Assembly: GCA_020137815.1 (NCBI GenBank)
Contig: CM035353.1
Span: 2,170,001 to 2,234,000, forward strand
Reading direction: 5' to 3'
DNA length: 64,000 nt
Source of the DNA: Hormiphora californensis
Taxonomy: Eukaryota; Animalia; Ctenophora
This document shows positions 1 through 12,400 of the stretch, in pieces. How positions within the stretch are numbered: the first letter of the stretch is position 1; the number at the start of each line of letters is the position of its first letter. The notes beneath the pieces were generated by a model. It had not been told where the DNA came from. It did not search any database and saw only the letters and a list, made by a program, of their open reading frames with translations. Made by a program: the position numbers and the translations under genes.

Positions 1-446
1 GTTTGTTTTATCCCCTGACGTGGCCACTGCCCCGGACGCACAGTGCCATGCTGGGCCGAAGGCCCTGCTCCGTCCGTGTCAAAAACTGTCAAACGAAATT
101 GGTGCTTAAAACTGTATCTCTGAGTTGAAACACAAGCCTTAAAGTGCGTTTCAAACGACTTGACCTAAGATTCCTGGAAATTCAGGATTTCCCCTTTGTA
201 AATACACGCGCAATGCGCCAAATTCCAAGAATTACGGGTCAAGTCGCTTGAAACGGACTTTAGATTACATCCAGACTATCTTTACAGACTGCCCAGTGCC
301 CATACCTCCGGCCGCTTTTCATTTTTGAAATTTTGATTTTTTTCAGAAATAGTTGGAGCCATATATCGCCTATAAAATAACCTTAATTATCCGATTATCC
401 AGGGTTTAGGGCTTGAGGTTTCGAGGGAACACAGCGGGAAACTCGA

Positions 447-3400
447 ATGGAACCTATTTTGCAGTTTAGTAAATCAAAAACAATCGAAGGTTTCGGGAGT
501 CTACTTGGCTACCTTCCCTTTTGTCTGACCCTACTTATTGGCGGCGGGATAGTTGTGTGTTATTGTGTGGCAGTAAGCTTGGGTCATGTTGAAGCGGCAT
601 TTCCCTACATCAGCGATACGGGCACCTTTCCGCCTGAGAGTTGCATCTTTACACTCTCCCTCAACTGTGCCGCCGTTGTAGGTAATTGCAACTAAAATCA
701 AGAAGAACAATTCTTTCTTAACTTCCCATAAGAAGAGAACCCCCGAAGAGAACAGTCTCGAATTGAAACAAGATGAGAGTTGTATGTTGGTAGAGTAGCT
801 CACTGCGGTTTCCGTTTCAGCTATAGCGATATTTACCCTCAAGTACCTCCATGTTAAACAATACAATAGAGGGTGCAGTAGCAGGGTCCGGACCGTCAAC
901 ACAGCTGGCCTTATCGTCGGTTATATCTCTGCTTTTGGGATTATGGTCGTGGCTGCATTCCAGGTAAAATATTAAGTTTCTTTTTCACCCGAAATGCATT
1001 TCACGATTTTATGTTGTTGACAGATCATCAATTGATTGTTGACGGATCGATTGAAACTGTATTCCCAGGAGACGAATGTGCTGTCAGTTCACGTGTTAGG
1101 AGCAATGATGGCTTTCTTCGGAGGTGAGCAACATATCAAATCTCTTTTTTGAACAACGGATTGGCTTAAAAAATTCGTGTTACGTAATACGTTTTTCGAG
1201 TTTCTCAATGCATCATGCACTTGCCGGTTAATTTTATTATGAAGTTAAGGACCTAGCATCGACTTCTATCCTGTTGTACAGATAAGAAATTAGGTCATCC
1301 ATCTCTTCGATGTTTTTAAACCCAGCGTAGGGGAATGCTAAGAAACTTTAGAAACTACACAATGCTAAGAAACCCTCCCTTCCCGTATAATTCAGGTACA
1401 GTTTATATGTTCCTTATAGCCTCCCTCGGCTTTATGAGGGATGTCAACTTTGGAGTTAACGAGGCGAGGTATAGCCGGGCTCGACTCTGCATGGCTTTCC
1501 TATCACTTGTCAGCTTTATACTCAGTATCCTTTTCAAGCTCCAACAATGTGTGTCTTGTGTTACTGTCTGTAATGTGTCATAATCCCATGTTCAATGTTT
1601 TAATGTTCCACAGTTGTATGGATTTACTTAGGAAATAATTATTATAGTAGGGCTGAACCGTACTCAGTAAAAATATCCTCTTCCAAGACTGACCTGTTCT
1701 GTAATGGACGGCATATAATGATGTGCGTACCATGGCTGAGAATCACCCATAGAATGTCATGTCATTGTATGGGTGTACGAGTCCTAGTGAGTCCTATTGT
1801 GTGTATGACGAGTCCTAGTGAGAAGTGTGTATGAAATCCGTGTGTCATGATCCTTAACCAAACTAAACAACCAATTAGCTATTGCAACGGCCGCCTATGC
1901 CAATAGTGTTTGGGAGCCAGCTGATCCTGATAATGCCCTTCTTTGGTCGCCCCATGATACAGTGAGTGCGTGTGAAATGAAGTGTGATCCTGTCACACTG
2001 TGTGACATGTGCGTGTTTTGATACAATTGGATGCTCCATGGTGAGATTAATATTCGTGTGATTTCAATATTTTAAGCACATTATTCCGTAAAGTATATGG
2101 CATGCTAATGTGTGAGGAGTGTGTGATTTCCAGCACATTAAATGTACTTGTTAAGTGTTGGAGGATTCAACTAGATACTGTATAACTCCGACAATTCTTT
2201 ACTGTCTGTGCAGATTTCGGTGTAAGCTAAGCTTCACTAAAGTATACAACATACATGTACAATATATACTATGTACATTATTACATTAATTATAACTTAA
2301 GTTTCACCGTTCTCCGAATGTATGAATTAGATATATATTCCCACGGCCCATATCATTCCAAGTGTATTTTCCTAAACATCTGATATTAGCCTTTTCACTA
2401 ACTGGCCTGGTTGTGGGATTTGAACTAGATATGGCAAACATAGCGAGAATATGGAAAACCACAGACAAGGTACTGCACGTTATAGTCATGGATATATAAT
2501 ATAATATATATATAATATAATATAATATAATATGGCTGACTAATGCAATGGTTCATTGAATGAATGAATGATAATGTGAAATGCTAATTTTAGGGTTTTT
2601 ACAAAGCTATATTTCTTCTAATGCGCTGTCCATTTGATTAGTAATACTAATTAGCACTGCAATATATACTAATTTAGTATATAGTGCAGTGCTAATGATA
2701 GTATGAATAAGTAATAACCCGTAGTCACACTGTCCAAGTTGTTACACATGTAATCACCAGCTGACCAATACCCAGTTTATTTCCCTAACTGCAACCTAAC
2801 TATAATAGTGCTTGTATGCACCCACGTGAGTGTAGCACAACTGAGGGGTGTTGACCCTACCGCTGATATCAGAATGTGGACAAGCGATCAAAAGGTAGTT
2901 CTTATTAATAATATGCAATTTGTACGTCATTAATACAGTCGAACCCCGATTTACCGCAATCTTCGGGGGAAGCTTTTCATCAATATTAATAACAAGCGTA
3001 CCCACCGGATGCGCCTCAAGAATATGAGCTGTTGACGACCCATCCATTTGTTCATATGCAACAATATATTCAATAAACCATATTCATTTCAATCTTCAAC
3101 CTATCGAGGTTAAATTATTTAATTGATTTTTTAAATCGGTGGAAATAATTATTCATTTGTTAAATCGAGGTCCAGTATTCAGAAATTGACTTTACGAACT
3201 TAGTTTTAATTTAACGAAAAGTTAAATAAAAGCGTGAAACAGCGAGAATAAAATCTCTTCAAAAAATAAGGATATATTTACCGACAAATCGCTACAATGT
3301 TCAGTTGTAGAACGAAGAATGATACATGTTATTCAATGTTATGTTCAATCGAAATATGATCGGGTGATCATGAGCCAATTGTTACGCTTGAAGCGTCCAC

Positions 3401-6400
3401 ATTAGTATGTGTGCTATCCAACTCCCTCCCAGGCTCAATCACATTCATCTCAATCACTTCACTCTGGCCCTCTCCCGCTTGGCTTGATGATCTTCTCCGG
3501 AAGAACTTTCCTAATCGATCCTCCACCTGAAGTAAGGGTGAACAAATACCCTACTAAAATATAGTTCGACGCGACGCGACGCGCGATCGATGAACGATCG
3601 ATAAACGATCGATATCGATCGTTTATCGATCGTTTATCGATCGTTCATCGATCGCGCGTCGCATCGCGTCGAACTATATTTTAGTAGGGTATATCACAAT
3701 ACAAACACCACCAGACATGCTCTCAGTAACACAAATCCCAGGCGAGTTCTCAAATGACTGACCTGAACTAGACAAACTTTTTCATTTTAACCTGAACTAG
3801 GTGACTCTTTTAATAGCTTACTTGACGTCCCTCCCCTCGCCCCCCCCCCCCCTGCTCATTTACCTGAAAGGTGAATTTAATGAACGCAGTACCCAACTTG
3901 CTGTAGAGGATGGGATTAAGGACTGAGTTGAGGGGTAGGATGACCAGGGAGAAGATGGGGTAGTAGGGTGACATGTCCACCACCTGCCCTGTGTGCAACA
4001 TACAACAAGTCAAGAAGGGAACCCACGTCATTGTCTCTGTAACGACGATAAGGGACACTTTCCGCTGTAGAATCATGTTTTTGGAGCTTGATGCGTCCAT
4101 GCTGTGGTGTGACACTAAAACAGCGATTACCAGGTGGGCCATTATAACCGTCATGAAGCAGAGTGCGTGGAAGGCGAGGGTGAACCATACAAAGAGGATC
4201 TGGGGGTCGTTGGGGGTGACAAAGTATTTGAATTGGCACACGGGATGACTTGCGTAGAAAGAAACCCTGGTTCCAGTGATACCGCCAACATCCTTGGAGA
4301 AGAGGTCAGTAACTAATGTCCTGATGGTCGACCAAGGCATGTGGAGGTGATTGCTAGCCTTCTTACCAGACGATTTTCCGAAGTATCCCAAAGCAACCTC
4401 CATGTGATGATTCTTGGAGACAGGCCCTAGGAATAGGCCAATGTTCCGACTGTATGAAAGGCCATTCACGAAGGAATCCTCGAGAAATGGTAGTAAGGGA
4501 ACAACGCTGATGATCAGAGATGCCAGGATACATGTTGCCATGAGAATGCGGATATACCACATTGTTCTCTTCTCTACTGCTTCGCTTCGTCGCATATGCA
4601 CCGATTGCAGGGTACCGTGGACTCTGAATCCGCTAAGGGTTGCCATGGATACAGAAAGAATGCAGGATCCAGTTGTTATCATAATGCCCAGGATCTGGCA
4701 GGGATAGCCAATGGACCAGTCCAACCGTTTCTTGCAAAATCTTTCACCCCAGATCATGGAATAGAAGCAAATAGCAAGGAGGTAACCACTGGTCATCAAG
4801 TCTCCCAGACATATTAGCTGCATCATACTTTGTTGAATGAAGATGGATGTTTTTATGTCCGGATTTGATACCTGTTGGATGCTCCTATACAGGGAATATA
4901 CATTTAGTATACATCCACCAAGTCCTATGCCCCAAGCCCACACGAGCAGATTACCCTGCACCAGTTTCACGGAGCACTCCTCATTACACTCATCCGACAG
5001 GTCGTGACACTCGATTTTACCATTACACTTTTGTGTCAACGGAAGGTATTTCCGGCCATCTGTACACTGGAAGTTGTTGGCACACTGGTTTTCATCGGAT
5101 CCATCACCACAGTGATCCTGGAGGTCGCAGGCGTTTTCAAAGGGTACACAACGGCCATTGGCACACGGAAAATATTCGTCATGGTACCCGTATAACTTGC
5201 CAGGGATGACCACCGTCAAATTGTGGTCTCTGTCCAGTGTATAGACTTTGTGTTTGATGTTTGTGCACCACTGTACGTGAATTGATTGGTTTCGTGGACA
5301 AGGCACATCGCACAGACCATTACAAGCAGCAAATGTATACGGCTCACCATAGAGATATCTACAGTCAGCGTAGCTCTTAGTATCTATGAAGCCCTGTCGA
5401 GGCGTCACCCCAAATGGAACTTTATCAAATAGAGTCACTGTACTGCACTGGGCTTTAAAGAGTTGATCTCTTGATGTTTCCAAGCCTGGTAAACAGAATG
5501 GGGAGTGAGCAAGATGTCCGTGGATTATAAGTTTGTGAGACACCTCAGGCACACCCATGGACTTTGAGCAAGCAGCCTTTTCTTTCTCACACGTGTACAT
5601 ATTCATCCCACACACACTCTTTAGCTCTTTAAACTTTGCTATTCCTCCTGTTCCACAAAGAAAGACTTCCTCGCAGGCAGAGTCAGTGTACCTCCAGGTC
5701 AGACCAGCTCCACACGGCTTCCAATTATCCTTCTCATCCTCCCCCTCAGCACAGTCCTTAACACCATCATTGACCCATCCAAAGGGAATCTTCAAGGGAA
5801 TCTGAACTTCACCGAAGTTTCTTTTGCACGTTCGTTGGGAAACAAGTCCGCATAGATTATCGTTTTCGTCAATGCCAAATTTGCAATGACTTTTTCCGTC
5901 ACACATCTTGTGGCGGTGTATTCTACAGAAGCCGCCCAACTCGACACACTTAAGATCTAGTTGGTCATCGCAAACACCGGGCATTCCAGGGAGACATGTC
6001 ATCAGAGTGGACACGGTGCTTGGGTAGCCTCTTATCAGACACTTTCCAGCAACTCTTGCCGGATCACTGCAGTTGGTCTGGTCCAGCCCACTTTTGAGGT
6101 ATGGCATATCGGGGGCCCTCATTGGGTTTCGAAACTGAAATGGGAAGCATCGACTTCCATTGAAAAGTGGAAAACCTTCTTCCCAGGTGCTATCGTTCCA
6201 TTGCCTCAAAATCTCATCAGTATTACTACAAATACCCGTGTTGTTTACGTGCCCTGTGAGAGTAATAAAAACTTGATGAATTACGAAAGTCTTACTAAGT
6301 GCAGAAATAAAATCTGACTGAAGGAGCTTACTACATAAAATTTAAGTTCCAAGTTTGTAAGTTTGGTACCAATTACCTATTACTATGGGACGCTATTTGG

Positions 6401-9400
6401 TCAAAACGTTTACCCTAAATCATATGCCAGCTCTTACCGGGATGGTTAATGGAGATACTTCTAGACATGTCTTGTAAGGGCATGATGGAGGGTATATATC
6501 CATATTCACATCGAATCCCGTAAATACGTCCTCCACACTGGACCTCATCAAAGCACCAATCGTTTGTGATACCATGATCCCCAAGATTATCCGCGGAAGT
6601 CTCCAAGGGGATGTCATCGCAGATTAAATCACATGCTGATCCGTTATAAATCCCCACGGAATACAAGCCCTCCAGTTCAATTATTTCCAATGTGTTTTCC
6701 TCGCTGGTGTGACATGGGCTCGTCTGAATGCCAAGAGCTTGATGAAACCTGGGACACAAGTATCCACAATACGGTGGAGACGCGAGAAGATCAAAATCAA
6801 AGGCGTAAGGATTGGTGAATGATAGGTATCCTAAACCACAGGCTTGGTAACTTGCTGGATCAACCGGACAAGATCTGCTAAGAGTCATTGTAGGCTTTCG
6901 GGTCAGCAAGCTGGGACGTCTCACGGCTGTGTATGTCACATTTCTGGAGATTATGCACTGGTACGTATCAGTCCCACAGACCCTCTTCATGAACCCGTTA
7001 ACCGGGGTGATTGGACATGGTTCAGTGTTGATCACGATATAAAGGCGGGATAGTAGTAGTAGTGGTGTGATCATATGTTTCAACTGCAAAAAGCTGTATC
7101 AAATATTCGAGAAGATTGTTAATTGTAGTGTTCTCCTGCAAAAACTGTAGTCTTCTCCTTCAAATGCCATGTAGTCTTCTCCCGCAAAAACTAGTTAATA
7201 TAATTCCGACACCAACAAGACTAACGGGGATTGCGGTTTATAGTTTTATATATTTTGAAGCATAACCATTCATACCTCGTGGGCGATATATCTCAACAAC
7301 AAAAACGCACTGTACCTTATACAGTCGGACCCCGATTTAGTGGCATCCTCGGGGGAAAGGGGTTTGTCCACTAAATCGGGGTATCCACTAAATTGGGGTC
7401 AAATATACTTTTAATTTCCTATATCGGGGGAAGATAATCGGTAATCCTGCCACTAAATCGGGGTGCCACTAAACCTGGGGCCACTAAATCGGGGTCCGAC
7501 TGTAGTTATATTTTATGAAGCATAACCATTCTGTGCTTTTAGAGCATAAAATCAGAAAATCAAATTACAAGCTCGCTACTTATAAAGATATAATACTACT
7601 AATATAAATCTCCGACCAATCGCCTTCACATAACAACTAACAAGCTAGTAAGGTGAAAGGGAGCGGGGAGATCATTAATATATTGAAGTTGTAGAGGACG
7701 TAGGTAACGCTATTTTAGTGGCTGAATAAGTACGCCCCCTGATTCAACCAGTGAGAGGGCCCCCCTCACTGGTTGAATCGCCCTTGTAGTTACTACAGTC
7801 GGACCCCGATTTAGGGACACCCTCGGAATGATAAAAACGCACCAAATGAACTATCAGCTCAAACGGACGGGGTTGCACAACAATTGATGGACGAAGACCT
7901 GTGATCTGTTTTGATGTGAGTCGTGAGAGAGTGCCACCGCGGGTTATTGAGGGTCTCGGCGTGAAACCCAAGAACCCCCCCCCCCCCCCCCCGCTGATGA
8001 GGGAGGAGAGGAGGAAGGGAGAGAAAGGGTCGATAAACCTGCCGATGAGCCTATTGCACAGCCAACATACTGGGTGATTTAAAGATGTGTGTGTGTGTGT
8101 GTGTGTTTTTCTATCCCATGCCTAGTGTTTTAAAAGATAACGCAGTAAAGTTGCCCAGAGCTTGTCAGATCGAGTGAGATCGAGGTGTTTTTAGTACTTC
8201 AAAAGAAAGAATTGGTGACGCAATCACTCCTCCACTACCAGCCGTTACCAAGTGAAGGAACCCAATCTCCCAGCAGAGAAGGGACGATATTTTCTACAGG
8301 GTGTCGATCGAGACCCCTTAACGCTTGTAGAAATAAAAGGCGGTATGTACCTTGTGTGAAATGTTTTAATAAAATAGACAAAAAAACAGCTTGAAGAAAC
8401 ATTGCTCTATAAAGCTTTAAAGAGCCAATTTCCCAACAGCAAATAAAACACAAACGACTTCAAAACGTGTCCACCTCAAGGTACATGGTTGCTAAATTTA
8501 GTGAAAGTTCACTCTTGCTGTTCGGATCCCCCCGCCGCGGTAGTCATCATCTCTGATCCAGAAGCTCCTCCTTCTTCTGAACCCCTATTAGGGGTAGATA
8601 GATCAGACATCTCAATTTCAGGATTGGCCACCCCATCCCCCTCCATTTTGGCCCTCATGAAATCGAAGCCAGCTTTCCCATAACCTCCCATATTTTTCGC
8701 TATACTGTATACTTTGTCGCTGTACAACATGGGATTTAACACAGAGTTGATGGGCAGGACTATGACAGAAAATATGTCGTAGTACGGGGTCGCATCAATC
8801 ACCTCCGCCATGTGAAAGCAGGATGTTATCATCATGGGTAGCCAGCACATCAAATCTGTTGTAATGATGAGCGTGACTTTTCTTTGGGTCTTCTGTTGTT
8901 GTTTAAGACGTTCCTTCATCGCCGTGTTGACATGGTTTTCTCCGGCAGGTGCCGCCGCCATCAACCTCTGAACACTCTGCCTTGTGTAGTAACCGATGGC
9001 AACGTAACAGAAACAAATCATAGCCAGGCAAGAGATGTTAAGCAATTTAAAGGCCAGGACAAAGGCAAATTGAGGGTCATCAGGGATGACAAAGTATTTG
9101 AATACGCAAACCCCCTCATTACCATAGAAACCAACTAGATTATTCAGTCCCTCCAAGTTACCGTAATCCGCTGTGTACATGCCACGAACTAAAGATGTTA
9201 TCTTGTCCCACTTCATTATCTCACTGTCACTTTTGATCTTCAAAATTCGTCCGTAGTATCCCTCAAGAACCTCCAAGTGCTCTTCCTTCCCCTGGACACC
9301 CACAAAGAACTTAAGCTGCTTACTCCAAGTTTGACCATTAATAAACATATCCTCCAGACGGCTGTTAGCCTTGGTCAAGATCACGGGCAGGCTAGAAACC

Positions 9401-12400
9401 GCGGCAGCAAACATTCCTAGTGCGGGAGCCAGTTTGAAGGGGCCGCAGGGTAGGGTTTGAGTGCAAAGGCTTCTACTTATTCCCACGGCCCGACTGATAC
9501 TTAGAAAGGTCATGGAGTAAACGGATATACAGCTTCCAAAAGTGCTTAGGATTCCGAGTGCGTCACACGGCCATCCAGATAGCCATGTGGTTTGGTTGAG
9601 ACAATACTTGTTACCCTGGACAAAGTCGGAAAAAGTGATGAGAAGAAGGTAGACCCCTGTCATGGCATCACCGACACTAACCATAGACACCAGGACATGG
9701 TTGGTGAGGGCTATCTGGTTCATTTGCCCGGATATGATGTCCTTCACATTGTGATATAGTGTCCAGATGTTCAGGAACGTGGCTGCACTGCCAAAACTTA
9801 TGGCAATAAATTTTAGAAGGGGTGTCAGGATCGCCTTAGAGCATTGTTCGTTACACTCATCAGAATAGTCAGAGCAATGAATTCCGCCATCACACTTCTT
9901 GTCCAGAGAGAGGTACTGTCCGCATGTGAGACACTTGAAATGGTTGATACACCGTATCTCGTCACTCCCATCGCCACAATCGTCCACCAGGTTGCAGACC
10001 TTCTCGTACTCTAGACACCCGCCGTTATCACACTCAAAGAGTTGCTGGACAAAGTGGTCCTCCTTCTGTAGGACAAAGGTGAGGGAGGTCTCCTTGAAGA
10101 GGGTGTAGACTCTATTCTTATATTGATCCAGGCACGATGTTGTTTTGAGGGGTGTGCTTTGGAGGGGGCACCCCATCGAGTTACCACATCGACCACTACA
10201 CGCCAGATACACATACTGCTCACCAAAGAAATATCTACAGCTACTCACCGAATCCGGTAGATGGATGACAGGAAATTTGTCAACGCCGAAAATAGATCCC
10301 ATTTCTACGGGGGTAAATTGAACTGTTCCACAATCCTTAGTTATTGTTCTCTCAAGTCCAAGCTGGCAAAACGCGACATACTTCACCCACTCATCACCCA
10401 CTTGTTTGATGGACCTTTGAAATACCTTGGTAACATGCTTCTGGCAAACCCCATCCTCACTACCACACGTGTTTATGCCATCACATAACAAGTTTTGAGG
10501 AACAATTGCGGAGGGGCCGAACCGGCACACAAACACATCCTCACACACGCTATCCCCAGTCACAAACCTCGTGTAGATTCCACTCCCACACTTCTCCCAG
10601 TTCCCCTCCACTTCATCTTCTCCATCCACACAGTCTACTACACCGTCCATCAGCCATGATATGGGTATTGACGTGGCGCCTTCCTCCGGTCTCAACTTCC
10701 TCCGGCACCCCGGCCCTTTAGCGGTGACACTTTCGCACTGCCTCTCATCAACAGAATGGGCACAGTCCGATTTTAAATCGCACATCTGGTGCTTGTGGAT
10801 TCGGCACTGCTCCGATGCCTGGACGCACAGCGTATCAAGACCATCATCACACAATCCAACCTGGAGTTCTCCGCACACCATTAACTTTGCAACGCTCGAT
10901 CGATAGCTATTGATGGGACAGTAAAGGGCAACCCTGTCGGGATCACTGCAGTTCGTTTGGTCCATAAAGTTGGTACAAACGGGAAAGTAACTGTATCGCT
11001 CCCTCACATATTTCGTAGGGATGATATACCCCATATCAATACTCCACATGATAGTGCTACACCGGGTAAAGTTAAGGAGAGGTACCTCCCTATACAACCC
11101 AAGGGAGTTTGAGAGATGCAAACTCGGGCAGTACTGTGTTCCATCCTGCCTATCATAGCATCGGTTGGTAGCTGAGGAATTATCTACCTGGATAATTCCT
11201 GTACGACAAATCCACGGCCACATAACGAAACAAACGTCCACGGGAGTGATTTGTGCTCTGCCACACTTCACCCCGTAGGTATAGCCGTTACAATACGCCT
11301 CGTCGATACATGTAGCTGTATTACATACACCATCACATATATAATCCTTCTTCTGGCAGTAATCTTGCAATTTTCCAGAGTCGAAGTTTCCGCAATTGAA
11401 CAGGGTCTGTCAACAGTGTTGCATCACGTTATAGTAGAGTCAATAACTACAGCGATCCCTCCCAATTGTTCCAGTTTTTGTTACATTTGTACCCTCAACG
11501 CGACCTCTAAACACTAAACAGGTGTTACCAAACTAAGTTTCATCAAACTCGGTCCAAAAAAGTTGCTTAGTTTTTGTTACGATCAGAACTTTTTAAATGT
11601 CGATAACGACACAATGAAAACAGTGTGTGAAAAAAAAAGTTTGTGAAAAGGTTACAACTGTTTAGAGGTCGTGATGACAGTCCAAAAAAATGTAACAAAA
11701 ACTTGAACAATTGGGAGGAGTCGATGTACTTATCGACTCTACTACACTTTCACTGTCTCCGCATGCCGGACTGCTGTTTTTTGGACTTAGCAGCGAGCCG
11801 CTCCTTTTATGTTGGTTGTTTTGTGCAGTTGGTTTGTGTGGAGACAGTGAAAGTGATGCGACACTGATAACATACCCCGTTCAAGCTGTTGAATGTACAC
11901 ATGTCACTAGCTAGCCGGGGCTGAACCATCGCTACTATGACATCAATTGTACAACCGATTATGCCGCATATCGGACCGCCTCCCACTCCTCCAATAGTCG
12001 AGAGATCAGTGTCCAGGTACCCACACATGTCATAGAACAGCCGGTCCTTAGGACAAGTTGCATTCAGGATCCAAGTTTCAGAACGGTAGGAAATTGAAGG
12101 GATAGAGTAGTAGTAGTTGTTGGAGTTGTGACATTGGTACAGATTGTACCCCGTCAAAACACCATCAAATCCAAGTGTGTCACATTTCTTCTTCAGGAAT
12201 CCCCTATCCACCTCAATCCGACAGTTTTCCGGTACAAAAAAAGCATCACAAAGACCAAACAGCAAACAAACGATGAGAAACGAAAGCCTCATGTAAAATG
12301 TGTTGAAAAGAGAACTGAAATTATATATTATGTGAATTTAGTTTTACTGCGTTGCTACTTGTTATAGTAGCGCTTCACTTAGTTATTCAAAACATTGAAA

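Noticed and set aside
3810-3863. C-terminus VNEQGGGGRGEGRQVSY from the ORF track
   Set aside because: Read-through past a strong CAG|GTAAAT donor; the exon at 3526-3368 gives a better terminus resembling paralog B
7830-8070. Possible Penelope GIY-YIG C-terminus and CTGATGAG hammerhead core
   Set aside because: Protein resemblance is weak and no convincing stem II/GAAA pairing can be built
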